64,000 bases of DNA from Eledone cirrhosa (Eukaryota). Numbering within the stretch: the first letter of the stretch is position 1; every line of letters starts with the position of its first letter. Below, in pieces: positions 1-14,940 of this stretch. The notes under the pieces were generated by a model that saw nothing but the letters and a program-made list of their open reading frames with translations, was not told the origin of the DNA and searched no databases. The translations under genes were made by a program, and so were the position numbers. The DNA is taken from the NCBI GenBank assembly GCA_964016885.1, contig OZ024748.1, positions 7,192,001-7,256,000 of the forward strand. The letters are read 5' to 3'.

Positions 1-11
1 TGTGTGTCTAC

Positions 12-46
<35 letters not shown>

Positions 47-605
47 TATACATATATATATATCTACATATATACATACATACATACATACATACATACA
101 TACATACATACATACATACATACATACATACATAAACACATAAATGATTTCCTCAATATTTTAACTCTTTCATTCATAATGATTTCAAACGACTGAAGCT
201 GTTCTAGCCTTGTAGAAGTCATTTCTATATGAAATAAATATGTATATTTTCTAACGTTAGTTGGTACTTTCTTTAATTGTGGTTTCTTCCCGATCCTCTT
301 CAGAAAACTAATCTTATATATATACATATATATATACAATTGTAGATGTCTTGGAAATGTACATAACGGGATGATGTAATAAACCAACGATAATGGGAAG
401 ATACATAACTGAGTATATATGTTGTATAAAATATATGCTTGTATAAAGTAACATATATCTATGTCAAAGTGGCCAAGTAAAAAATATATATAGTAAATAT
501 GTATATACATTTCTTTCTTTCTCTATTTTTTTTCCTTCCCTTCGTGTGTGTGGGGTGTGTGTGATTTTATATACGCGTATGTTTGTATATATGTATGTGC
601 GAAAG

Positions 606-650
<45 letters not shown>

Positions 651-1094
651 AACGCAAAATACCTGAATATAGAATTAAATGAAGAAATACATAAATGACG
701 AAATATCTTATCAAGACATTTCTTAGAATATAGTTTTAGTTGCCGATGATGATGATTTTTTTCAAATTCAATTTTGCTAAGAAAATTATAGAGAAAAAGA
801 AATTTTGCAAAACATAATTTTAAAGAACATTAGGAAAAGTTAGTCTAGATTTATGTAAGCTGTATGTAACAGTTGGTTAAAGAATAAATAAGAATAGTCA
901 CCCCTTCCTTATAAAACTCACACACACATGCTCCTAAAAAAAAACCCACTGCTTTGAAATGATATATGTACATACATACACATAAACACATACACTCACA
1001 CATACATACATACATACATACATATATAAACATTTTCCATTAACTATATATTTCCATTTGTATTTATATAATATTGTATTACATATATATACGT

Positions 1095-1125
<31 letters not shown>

Positions 1126-1130
1126 CGTGA

Positions 1131-1181
<51 letters not shown>

Positions 1182-1865
1182 ATATAATATACAAGTGTAC
1201 ATGCCGAAACCCATACGTCTCAGCATGTACACTTGTAAATTCTCACATGCTATAATATGTATATTTAAAATTACACACAGTATCTCTCTACCTATCTAGC
1301 TACCTATTTACCTAACTTGCTATCTACTACCATAAAAAACAATTACCAAAAACTCTACTGTCCTTAAGTGGAATATTTTGCTCAAATAATAAATAAAGTC
1401 TAAACAGTTCGAAAATAAAAAATAATAAAGATAAAAATGTTTAAAAAGCAATGAAGGATTGGAAAAAAAGAAGAAAATAAGAAGCGAATGAATGAAGAGG
1501 GGGTGAAAGGAAGAAGGTGGTAGGAAGGAGGGAAGGAAGTGTATTAAGACAGAAATAAACGAAAGAAAAAGTAAAAACAGACTATAGAGGAGAAAAATTC
1601 GACACACCACTGGTTTTAAATTAAATAGTGGGCAACACCAAGATGGCGTCGGTTACTTTCTTTCTTGGTTTTAATACGAACGACAAAAATCTTCTTTCTC
1701 ACTATCAATATTCTCACACATACAAATAATTATATTTCACTGAATATTACCAGGAAAAACAAACATCCTCCACCATAATTTAAATCAGGATAATATCAGA
1801 TTTGTTTATGTGTTACCTGGAATAAATTACAAAATGAAGTAAACACACACGTATATATATAATGT

Positions 1866-1917
<52 letters not shown>

Positions 1918-2032
1918 ATATATATATATATGTGTGTATATATATATATATATGTGTGTATATATATATATATATGTATATTATAACATATGCATACTTA
2001 TACAATATATATATATATATATAATATATTAT

Positions 2033-2070
<38 letters not shown>

Positions 2071-2181
2071 TATACATGTATATTATATCTATGTATATGT
2101 ATAGTACAAGCACACACACAGACACAAAACACGACACACACACACTCATATATATATGTATATATATATATACATCCATAC

Positions 2182-2362
2182 ATAATTGTTTCTACTTTTG
2201 GCACAAGGCCAGCAATTAAACAGTACATTACTGGTACTTTATTTTATCGACCCTGTAAGGATGAAAGGCAAAGTTAACTTCAACGGGATTTGAACTCAGA
2301 CCATAAAGAGCCGTAACTATGCTGGAAAGCATGGCGTCTAACCCTCTACCGATACTGCCAAT
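2182..2362 (-). mobile_element. tRNA-derived SINE, family A
   Basis: B-box GAGTTCAAATCC, central GCCTTTCATCCTTACRGGGTCGATAAAAT, tail GGCCTTGTGCC...GAAACAATTAT. Confidence 0.9.
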
Positions 2363-3091
2363 ATATAGATATATAGATACATATATAGAATATACAAGAA
2401 CACACACACACCACACACACGTGTATATATACACACATATATATATATGTGTGTATATATGCATATAATTTAAATTTGTTTTATGCACGTTTATATTTTT
2501 TTAATAAAGTAAATAAATTCATTTTCGTTGTATTGGTAAAAAGAAGACTTCCTGTCCTACATAACTCTTTAACTTCGTTTTAATAAGTGGTGTGTGTTGC
2601 TGAGCAACCACGAGTATAGCGCCACCCCCAACCTCCACCACTCTTGGGGAAACTATCAGCTCCCTCACACTCTCTCTTACTCCCTTCCACCTTCTCTCAC
2701 TCTTTCCCTCTCTCACTCATTCCTTCCCACCTCCCCTCTCTCTCACTCCCTTCCTGTCTCTCTCACTCATTCACTCCGTCACTCCAACCTTAACTCACAT
2801 CCAGAGGACTCCCAGTAGTTCAACTCCACACACACACACACACACACATATATACTCACACAAACACACACACACACACATATACTTACACACAAACATA
2901 CACACACATATACTTACACACACACGCACACACATACATACTCACACAAACACACACACACACAATATATACTCACACAAACACACATACTCACACAAAC
3001 ACTCACTCACACACAAAGAAATAGAATTTTAAAAAGCGTTGCGCTCTGTTGCATGGGGGAAAAAATTAATTTTCAGAATTCGGGGAAATAC

Positions 3092-3129
<38 letters not shown>

Positions 3130-3544
3130 CAAAAACACATACATACATATAAACATAGATATATGCATATATTCATTTATACATGTAATAACATTTTGGC
3201 TTATTTTCGCATTACCAATGGCTTGAGAGACATAAGCAGGTAACCGATGTATTAGTCATGCTTACGTTAATGAAAGAAGTAAAGCATGTAAATAAGTGAA
3301 ACTAATAATAGAAAAACTATATTGTCTCTGATCGAGACGAAGCGAGATGTATTTGAATACATATAAAAATGAGAAAACTCGTCGCTAGAACAGCCATTAA
3401 AACAGTTAAATGCTGTCAAAGACAGTGATGAACAGAAATGCCTCAGAGGACAGAAACCAACCTCCAATGGTCAACAGAGATAATCTACAAGTTGGGTGAC
3501 AGGCAGAAATTCTAAAGTTCCAGATTTGTTGAATGCTTTTAAGT

Positions 3545-4815
3545 TGGTATATATTTGTTGTTGGACCCCTGGTATATATTTGTTGTTGGACCCCTGGTAT
3601 ATGTTTGTTGTTGGACTCCTGGTATATATTTGTTGTTGGACCCCTGGTATGTATTTGTTGTTGGACCCCTGGTATATATTTGTTGTTGGACTCCTGGTAT
3701 ATATTTGTTGTTGGATCCCTGGTATATATTTGTTGTTGGACCCCTGGTATATATTTGTTGTTGGATCCCTGGTATATATTTGTTGTTGGACTCCTGGTAT
3801 ATATTTGTTGTTGGACCCCTGGTATGTATTTGTTGTTGAACCCCTGGTATATGTTTGTTGTTGGACCCCTGGTATATGTTTGTTGTAGGATCCCTGGTAT
3901 ATGTTTGTTGTTGAACCCCTGGTATATATTTATTGTTGAACCCCTGGTATATATTTGTTGTTGAACCCCTGGTATATATTTATTGTTGAACCCATGGTAT
4001 ATATTTGTTGTTGAACCCCTGGTATATATTTGTTGTGTGACCCCTGGTATATATTTGTGTGACCCCTGGTATATATTTGTTGTTGAACCCCTGGTATATA
4101 TTTGTTGTTGAACCCCTGGTATATATTGTTGTTGAACCCCTGGTATATATTTGTTGTTGAACCCCTGGTATATATTTATTGTTGAACCCCTGGTATATAT
4201 TTGTTGTTGAACCCCTGGTATATATTTGTTGTTGAACCCCTGGTATATATTTGTTGTGTGACCCCTGGTATATATTTGTTGTTGAACCCCTGGTATATAT
4301 TTGTTGTTGAACCCCTGGTATGTATTTGTTGTTGAACCCCTGGTATATATTTGTTGTTGAACCCCTGGTATATATTTGTTGTTGAACCCCTGGTATATAT
4401 TTGTTGTTGAACCCCTGGTATGTATTTGTTGTTGGACTCCAGGTATATATTTGTTGTTGAACCCCTGGTATATATTTGTTGTTGAACCCCTGGTATATAT
4501 TTGTTGTTGAACCCCTGGTATATATTTGTTGTTGAACCCCTGGTATATATTTGTTGTTGAACCCCTGGTATGTATTTGTTGTTGGACTCCTGGTATATAT
4601 TTGTTGTTGGAATCCTGGTATATATTTGTTGTGTGACCCCTGGTATATATTTGTTGTTGAACCCCTGGTATGTATTTGTTGTTGAACCCCTGGTATATAT
4701 TTGTTGTAGGATCCCTGGTATATATTTGTTGTAGGATCCCTGGTATGTATTTGTTGTTGAACCCCTGGCATATATTTGATGTTGAACCCCTGGCATATAT
4801 TTGATGTTGAACCCC
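3545..4815. repeat. 25-bp minisatellite, ~50 copies
   Basis: Unit ggtatatatttgttgttgaacccct; accounts for the 25-aa periodic ORFs. Confidence 0.97.
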
Positions 4816-5100
4816 AGTCTGTCTGTTAAGCCACCTAGTAAGTAGGAGATATGAGAGAAACTCAGCATAAAACAATGCGGGATAAAGCAGGCCGCTTGAA
4901 TTACAAGTACAACAACGTAAAATAAAGCACGCATGTATATATACCTGAAACTTTATATATTTATATATGTGTGTTGTGTGTATTATTTTTTTTCCTAAAT
5001 TGCTGATACATACTGTGTATAGAAAGATACACACGGATGTATGCATACAGACATGTAGAAAGATCACAGGTATGTATGCATACAAATATATACATAGATA

Positions 5101-5136
<36 letters not shown>

Positions 5137-5409
5137 GATAGACATATATATATATATATTTATATATATATATATATATATATACATAGATAGACATATA
5201 TATATATTTATATAAACATAGATATATGCATATATTCATTTATACATGTAATAACATTTTGGCTTATTTTCGCATTACCAATGGCTTGAGAGACATATAT
5301 ATATATACACATATATATATATATCATACAAATATATAGAAAAAGATAGAGGTGCGTAGAATGATCGACAGGTTTATTTACAGATAAATAGATAGATATT
5401 TAGATTATG

Positions 5410-5440
<31 letters not shown>

Positions 5441-5479
5441 AATTTCTATATCTCTCTCTCTCTCTCTCATATATTTCTA

Positions 5480-5533
<54 letters not shown>

Positions 5534-5612
5534 AATTAACACACATATAGAGATAGGTATGTACAAAGATAAACATATAGATATATAGATACACACACAT
5601 ACACAGATACAC

Positions 5613-5679
<67 letters not shown>

Positions 5680-6188
5680 GATCAGAAGACATTTGTCAAT
5701 GGGTAAGTCCTGAAAATCCCAGTTGTCATTCTAATTATTTCTCCATTGACATCTACGTATTTATTTATTTATTTCGTTTCTGTTTTCGGTTTGTTTTTAC
5801 GAGAAAGGAGAAAATTATAAATTCCGGATGAAAGCCTAGTAATATAGGAGACGAGAGTCAGAGAAGTGAAAGCATAAGTCACCGAGAACGGCGTCTTGGG
5901 AACAGTCTTGGAGGACAACCCTTATCAAGAACTGTCATCAATGTTTAAAGTTGGGTCCGATTTTGTGGGAGGAGTGAAAGACAAGAAAATGTGTGAGTAA
6001 TAAAAACCTCGCCCCCTTCATACAGCGAGATCTCTTCAACCCTCTCCCTCTTGTCTACAGTAAGGTCTCCTCAGTCCTCTCCCCCTTGCCTACTGTGAGG
6101 TCTCCTCCGCCCTTACCCTCCTTGCTTAACACTGAAGTTTCCTCACCTCACGCCTCCACATTCTTGCCCACTTACTACAGCCACACAC

Positions 6189-6254
<66 letters not shown>

Positions 6255-7113
6255 ATCTCTTTCTCTCTATCTATCTATCTCCCTATCTTTCCCTATCTAT
6301 ATATATATCTATCTCCTCTCTCTCTCTCTCTCAGCCTTTCTAACCCCCCCCCCCCTCTCTTTACATCTCTCCATCTCCCCCTAGTGGAGGAACATATATT
6401 ACCACCACCACCACCACCACCATCTCATTGATCCCGCTAGAAAAGGGAAAGGAAGAAAACTTAAGCAGAAGGGATGAGAAGAAAGACTGACAGAAGCTAC
6501 AACAAAAATTTCTACTACTACTACTACTACTACTACTAGTACTACTACTACTAGTACTACTACTACAACTATTACAATAACTACTACTACTATTACAACA
6601 ACTACTACTACTATTACAACAACTACTACGACTATTACAACAACTACTACGACTATTACAACAACTACTACGACTACTACTACTACGACTACTACAACTA
6701 CTACTGCTGCTGCTACTACAACTACTACTACTACAACTACTATAACTACTACTGCTACTACTACTACAACTACTACTACTACTACAATAACTACTACTGC
6801 TACTACTACTACAACTACTACAACTACTACTACTACTACTGCTACAACAACTACTACATCTACTACAACAACTAGTACTACTACTATTACTACCACAACA
6901 ACTACAACAACTACTACATCTACTACAACAACTAGTACTACTACTATTACTACCACAACAACTACAACAACTACTACATCCACTACATTACTACAACTAG
7001 TACTACTACTAACACAACAGCTACAGCTATTATACTCAGATTTAACAATGTTAATTAACAATGAGAGGGGGAGAGAGAATGTGTGTGTGTGAGTGAGAGA
7101 GAGAGAGAGAGAA

Positions 7114-7154
<41 letters not shown>

Positions 7155-7234
7155 TAGATAGATAGGTAGGTAGATAGATATAGCATTATATAAAACTAAC
7201 ATCATATGGTATCTGTATTATCTTCAGAAATTAA

Positions 7235-7510
7235 AATAATTGTTTCTACTTTAGGCACAAGGCCAGCAATTACCCAGTACATTACTGGTACTTTATTTTA
7301 TCGACCCCGTAAGGAAGAAAGGCAGGGATTTGAACTCAGGCTGTAAAGGAACGTTATTATGCTAGAGCGCATGGCGTTCAACCCTCTACCGATACTGCCA
7401 ATTCCATATTAAAATAATTGTTTCTACTTTAGGCACAAGGCCAGCAAATTATCCAGTACATTACTGGTACTTTATTTTATCGACCCCGTAAGGATGAAAG
7501 GCAAAGTTAA
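7235..7510 (-). mobile_element. Two tandem SINE A copies (near-full 7235-7402; truncated 7412-7510)
   Basis: Family match. ttaaaataat occurs three times (7231, 7409, 7518) and brackets both copies. Confidence 0.88.
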
Positions 7511-8116
7511 TTCCATATTAAAATAATGTCGTTTTCTCCTTAATTCGATGTCTTCGAAGTCGGAATATATGAACTTGGAATGTCCAATATCTTGGAAACT
7601 TTAATGAAAGACAACTGAAAGCCTACCATTACTAACAGAGTTTCAGCTTTGGAGGTTTACTGCCATAAAATTAGTTTTTTAAGGTTTTTCATTGTTTGTG
7701 TCAATAATATTATTGTTTGTTGAGGGTAGGCAGTTCTAGAGATCCTGTCTTCTCCCACCCTCACATAAATCTAACTTTATTGTGATGATTTCTCTTTTAT
7801 TGAATGTGAAGAAATAAAACCAAGTTTTTGATGTCTGTATACATACACATACACATATACATATACACATATACACATATACACATACACATATACACAT
7901 ATACATATACATATACACATACACATATACATACATACACATATACATATACACATATACATACACACAATAACACACATTTTCTCACACACACATTCAC
8001 ATGAGTGCATAGAGGGTGATTATGTCACTCTCTCATATATGTATATAAAAAGAGAGTGAGAGCTCTCTTACTCTCTCTATATATATACTTATATGTAATA
8101 TATGTACGCATGTTTG

Positions 8117-8148
<32 letters not shown>

Positions 8149-8314
8149 TAAATCTACCACTCAATGGTAGGGTCTAAACAGTATAAAGAACTCAATATAA
8201 TCCGTATGTAGAAGATGTCGTGAAGCAAAGTTTAAAATACAAACATTTTTATCAACGATATAATTCAATTGGATACAGAGTCAAAATAGAAATTATTAAT
8301 TCATAGTAAAACAC

Positions 8315-8450
8315 ATTATTTTACGATCGTTTCTGGGGGGTAGTTCCCTGTATGTTCATTCAATTATTGATCTATGTAAAACATATTACAAAATATCATA
8401 GTGAGAAAAAAATACATACGTCTTCACTACCCGCCGTCTTCAGAAATAAT
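8315..8450 (-). ncRNA. Type I hammerhead ribozyme with large loop 2 (family H2)
   Basis: AUUAUUU-CUGAAGA-C-GGCGGGUAG...~80 nt...CUACCCCCC-A-GAAAC-GAUC-GUA^AAAUAAU. 7-bp stem I, 8/9-bp stem II, palindromic loop 3. Confidence 0.65.
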
Positions 8451-8460
8451 ATATATTATA

Positions 8461-8497
<37 letters not shown>

Positions 8498-8502
<5 letters not shown>

Positions 8503-8790
8503 TAAAATTAGTCCTTCATCAGTGATCTTCCCACTTTCATTGGTATTTCATCACTTTAAAAATCATATACCTGTAGTTGGCGCGAGCGATAACAAATAAA
8601 GTTATTGGGACAAGAAAAATAGGGTTAATCGAGCGAGACATATTGTTTGTTTACATGTCTCGCTCGTTTCACCCTATTTTACTTGTCTCAATAACTTTAT
8701 TTGTTATCGCTCGCGCCAACTACAGGTATATGATTTTTATCATACCAATGAAAGTTGGAAGATCACTGATGAAGGACTAATTTTATTCAT
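8498..8790. mobile_element. ~290-bp fold-back element adjoining (TA)n
   Basis: Left arm 8498-8640 is the reverse complement of 8656-8790, with one indel and few mismatches. Confidence 0.8.
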
Positions 8791-8810
8791 ATGTAACCCA
8801 TGTGCAACCA

Positions 8811-8862
<52 letters not shown>

Positions 8863-8873
8863 AACGCATTAAT

Positions 8874-9070
8874 GCATTGTTTTCTGATTTAGACACAAGG
8901 TCAATAATTTTGCGGTCGATTCAAACGACCCTCATTGCATTACTAAGACTATATTTTATCGACTCCATAAGAATAAAAGGCAAAGTTAAGCTCAGCAGGA
9001 ATTGGGTAGTAACGCTACGCTGCAAAGCATGTTGTCCGACGCTGCACCGATTTTACGGCCAATCCACCAC
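8874..9070 (-). mobile_element. Old diverged SINE A-related copy
   Basis: acacaagg...attttatcgactccataagaataaaaggcaaagtt...gctgcaaagcatg. Confidence 0.7.
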
Positions 9071-9433
9071 ATTAATGTCTGCGTGTAAGCTCAATTTGAC
9101 CAACATCTGCAATGTTTCCACCATTATTAATAATAATAATAATGAAATTATTGTGTACAGTGCTCAGGTGCACTACAACTCATCAAAGTACTTAATAGAG
9201 AATATAGGTTTCTTTGTGAGTATCTTATGTGATAAAGTATTGAACCAGCGAACTTCTGCCAAGCTGCAAGACTTTGTTTGACTTTAACAAAGTAGCTACT
9301 TATTGTTTTAGGTTCAAATCCAGCGTAAGAATTATTTGTTGTATGTTTCCGTCGTGTTTGTAAATATATATGGTATAGATGTATATATATATGTAGGTAG
9401 GTAGGTAGGTACGTACGTATATATATATATATA

Positions 9434-9640
9434 TCATCATCATCATCATCGTTTAACGTCCATCTTCCACGCTAGCATGGGTTTGGACGGGAATTTTCCC
9501 ACTTGAGGCAAGATTGCTCGTATAGGACGGTCTGGCGGGTTTTCTACGGCTGGATGCCCTTCCTAACACCAACCACGTTTACAGTGTGGACTGGGAGGTT
9601 TTCACCGTGTTACCTACACGGCCACATTACACCTACACCA
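9434..9640 (-). mobile_element. SINE with RTE-like 3' end and (GAT)n tail (family B); decayed relative at ~25730-25810
   Basis: Minus strand reads ...aggaagggcatccagccgtagaaa...catgctagcgtggaagatggacgttaaacgatgatgatga. Confidence 0.65.
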
Positions 9641-9793
9641 CCTCATTTATTTAGGACTGGGTGTTGTGGTACCAACATAACTTTACATCGAAAGGGGTGG
9701 TGTGGATGGGGTAGGGGTGGTGGGACGGGGGTGTATTTTAGTAAGAGGTGCCTACTGACTGTAGGTTTCGCTTTGCACTTAAGCAAGGCGAGT

Positions 9794-9835
<42 letters not shown>

Positions 9836-9900
9836 ATATATTATATATATGTATGAATGTATGCATGTAAGTAGCCAGGTAGGAACGAACGTATTCATGC

Positions 9901-9933
<33 letters not shown>

Positions 9934-9953
9934 TGTATGTATGTATGTATGTA

Positions 9954-9984
<31 letters not shown>

Positions 9985-10367
9985 GTATACATGTATATAA
10001 AATGTGTATACTTATATATTTAATATATTTATCATTGTATATTAACGTATATGTGTATATGACTATATGTATGTGTTTGTACGTGTCTATCTGTTCCTTA
10101 TAAGTTTATTGTAATTAAAACTACTACTACTAATACTACTACTGTTTGTTGTAGTAGCAGTGATAGCATTAGACTAGCAGCAGCAGTAGTAGTAGTAGTA
10201 GTAGTAGTTTATTGCTAAACCGCCAGTTAACTATCCAATTAATAGATGATTACAATATCAAATATTCATAACCGAGTCGTTAAATTACACCTCATAAATT
10301 ATCATATACATCGTATAATGTTCAAATTCAAATTTCAAACATCCTGACAAAATGTCTGTCTCTTTCT

Positions 10368-10473
<106 letters not shown>

Positions 10474-11509
10474 GTATATATATATAATTTGATGATCTAT
10501 AGATTTCATCAGAGCAGCAGATTCAATCGCCAGCAAGTGATTTTCTACTCCTCGTAGATATGATTGTTATTCCTAGATTTTATGGCTAGCATTCCACCTG
10601 GAAATCATAAATATCTACTTTTGATCTGCTTAAATTATTCATAATGGACTTCTTACAAAGCTCATTGTATCTGTGTGTATGATTGTAAGGTGTTTCTCAT
10701 TCAGTATTCCTCTTTTAATCAACTCTGTTTCAGTCTTGTCTTCCATATTTCCTTGTTCACATGTATCCAAAGGGCCCACCCGATTCCTCTTCTAACAAGC
10801 TCTGTTTCAGTCTTGTCTTCCAAGGGCCCACCCCGATATGTAGTAAGCAGTCAAATAAAACAAAGACTCTCTTATGACCAGCGTTAGAGACTTCTAGTTA
10901 AAGATGTAAATTCCTACACATACATACAGCGAGCTCTTCATATAAGTAGGAGGTTGCTTATAACATCCATTATATACTTCTGTCGATTTGAGTGTTCGAT
11001 ATTTCTTCCTAGTCTCTGTGTTTTGAGTTCAAATGCCGCCGATGTTCACCTTATCATTCATCCTTTGGAGTTCGATAAAGAATGTACCAGGCCAGTTTTG
11101 GTGCAGTCTTTTCTCCCTCCAACTGTCACATCCTGAAGGTCCCCCTTTAATCAAGAGTTTGATGGTCGACATCTTGACTGTGTCGGCAAGGGCACCTTAA
11201 CATCTGAGTGAAGGTAGCGTAATATATACTACCAAGTTATACTTCGTTGCGAGTGACGGCTGTAGTTCCTTATTTAGTTAGTCAAGGATGTATAAATCCT
11301 CAAAACCTTTGCGTGGTATAAGGAGCAGCTAAATCAGCCTGAAAGAACCTGGGGACAGTTTTTAAAATAATTCTTGTAAAGAATTAAAAAGGAAAAGTTT
11401 AGGAAAATTACTTCCCATATATTGTGGGGGTTCTTCTTGAAAAATCTGTATCGCGATGTAAAGAGTCAGCTACCCAGGAGTACAGTACTTGCCTACAAAT
11501 TGGAGTACA

Positions 11510-11580
<71 letters not shown>

Positions 11581-11584
11581 GGAT

Positions 11585-11886
11585 AATAATAATAATAATT
11601 GTTTCTACTTTTGGCACAAAGCCAGCAATTATCCCAGTGCATTACTGGTACTTTATTTTATCGACCCCGTAAGGATGAAAGGCAAAGTCAACCTCGGCGG
11701 GATTTGAACTCAGAATGGCAAGGGGCGCAACTCTATGCGTCAAAGCATGGCGTCGGACCCTCCACCGATAATAATAATAATAATGATAATAATAATTGTT
11801 TCTACTTTTGGCACAAGGCCACCAATTACCCAGTGCATTACTGGTACTTTATTTTATCGACCCCGGTAAGGATGAAAGCAAAGTTA
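11585..11886 (-). mobile_element. Two tandem SINE A copies in an (AAT)n tract
   Basis: Copies at 11585-11768 and ~11785-11886, each bounded by (AAT)n. Confidence 0.9.
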
Positions 11887-11995
11887 TAGATTTCACTGCT
11901 AGTATATATATATATGTATGTATATATGTATGTATATATGTATGTATGTGTATTATACATAGCATAGGTGATTCGGTAAATTATATATATATACA

Positions 11996-12065
<70 letters not shown>

Positions 12066-12279
12066 TTATATGTGTGTGTATGTGTGTGTGTGCGTATGTA
12101 TGTATATATGTATACATGCATGTATATATGTATACAGCGATATATGTGTATGCATTTGTGATAGTGTTTACATATGACTTAATATAAAACTTGTAAAGTA
12201 GACGCAGGACTGGGCGCCAGTTTAATTATGTTGGGACTTACTGTAGAAGACCCTTCATTGTCGTCAGACTAATTGAAGA

Positions 12280-12376
12280 CTATATATACATATACATACA
12301 CACATATATATATATATACACATATATATATATATATATACACACATACATACGTACATACATACAACATACATAC

Positions 12377-12447
<71 letters not shown>

Positions 12448-12658
12448 CATACATACATATACATATATATATATACATATATACATATATATATATATAC
12501 ATATATACATATATATATATATACATATACACATATATATACATATATATACATATATATATACATATATATACATATACATATACATATACATATATAT
12601 ACATATACATATATATATATATACATATATACATATATATATATACATATATATATAC

Positions 12659-12706
<48 letters not shown>

Positions 12707-12808
12707 ATACATATACATATATATATACATATATATATATACATATATATATATATACGTATATATATATATACATATATATATATATACATATACATAT
12801 ATATATAT

Positions 12809-12858
<50 letters not shown>

Positions 12859-12914
12859 ATACATATATATATATATACATATACATATATATATACATAT
12901 ACATATATATATAC

Positions 12915-12945
<31 letters not shown>

Positions 12946-13686
12946 CATATACATATACATATATATACATATATATATACATATATATATATATACATAT
13001 ACATATATATATATATACATATACATATATATACATATACATATATATACATATACATATATATACATATACATATACATATATATATACATATATATAC
13101 ATATATATACATATATATACATATATATATATATACATATATACATATATATATACATATATACATATATATATATATACATATATACATATATATATAC
13201 ATATATACATATATATATACATATATACATATATATATACATATATATATATATACATATATATATACATATATATATACATATATATACATACACACAT
13301 ATATATATATATACACACATATATATATATACACATATATATACACATATATATATACATATATATATACACATATATATACACATATATATACACATAT
13401 ATATACACATATATATATACATATATATATACACATATATATATACATATATATATATATATACACATATATATATATATACATATATATATATACACAC
13501 ATATATATATATATATACATATATATACATATATACATATACATATATATATATATACATATATATATACATATATATATACATATATATATACATATAT
13601 ATATATATACATATATATATACATATATATATACATACATATATATATACATATATATATACATATATATATACATATATATATAC

Positions 13687-13733
<47 letters not shown>

Positions 13734-13826
13734 CATATATATATATACATATATATATATATATGTATGTGTGTGTGTTTGTGTGTATGTATGTATAAAC
13801 TTATATATATATATATATATATATAT
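12280..13826. repeat. Compound (TA)n/(TACA) microsatellite, ~1.5 kb
   Basis: Direct inspection. Similar large tracts at 14424-14685, 39450-40252 and 43184-44390. Confidence 0.97.
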
Positions 13827-14014
13827 GAAGGAATGTTGTTTTTAAATGTATGTATATCATAAAGAGCACCAGATGAAACGGAATTGCGATATGTAGTTAT
13901 GTCCCCTTTACGTTATAGCTTTAATTCCCACCAGGATTCGTCAATTTTTTGATCTCCTCTCCCACCAAATCTCTTTCATACACAAACACACACAGATTCA
14001 CACACTGACACACT

Positions 14015-14045
<31 letters not shown>

Positions 14046-14419
14046 TTAAACACGTACCTATATTGGTGTGGAATTTTGTCGTCTATACCCCAGCCCTTGT
14101 GCTAATGATTGGGATCTCAATTATTTTTTAATTAATTCGAATTGGGTGGGGTTAGAAATTGAGAGCCGTTGGCTCAATTTCAATTACTGCTTTTTTCAAA
14201 AGCTAATCATTTGAAGTTCTTGTCTTCAATTGGTGTAACATTGTCTCACCAGACTCTGTAAATATAGTATAGGGACTGGATTGGACTGGATTGGTGTGGA
14301 TTTCACTGGGTACAACTGGGTAGGGTTGGTTGTAACCAGTTGTAGAAGGAGCAACAAACAGTCTATAGGTTTGGGTCAGAATAACGTTTAACATGTTCTA
14401 TTTTCTCTCAGTCTCGAGA

Positions 14420-14497
<78 letters not shown>

Positions 14498-14590
14498 AAT
14501 ATATAAATATATATAAATATATAAATATATATATATATAAATATATATATATATAAATATATATATATATAAATATATATATATATAAAT

Positions 14591-14686
<96 letters not shown>

Positions 14687-14687
<1 letters not shown>

Positions 14688-14814
14688 TGAAATCGAAAAT
14701 GCAACTTGAGTCTTATTAAAAAAATATATATATATTTATTTGGTTCCTTTACCGGTTTCGCAGTTCTTCTGTATTTTATTTTAAATAAGACTCCAGTTGC
14801 ATTTTCGATTTCAT
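14687..14814. mobile_element. Fold-back element (family H4); non-folded copy at 52533-52612
   Basis: atgaaatcgaaaatgcaact.gagtcttatt is inverted at 14784-14814. aagactccagttgcattttcgattt recurs at 52579-52603. Confidence 0.75.
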
Positions 14815-14940
14815 CTTTTTTTCTTTATACTTTCACTCGTGTAGGACACCTCGGTTATTTTTCATTTTGTAAAAAAAAACCTCACTTTCTATTATATATA
14901 TATATATATATATACATATATATGTGTGTCTGTATATATA

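Noticed and set aside
3406-5187. 593-aa repetitive ORF
   Set aside because: It is the product of a 25-bp stop-free unit; all three minus frames give the same peptide cycle and the start lies in a microsatellite.
12264-13862. Long IY/YI/HT/CV ORFs here and at 39.4, 43.1 kb and elsewhere
   Set aside because: They are stop-free translations of (TA)n/(CA)n microsatellites, open in several frames at once.
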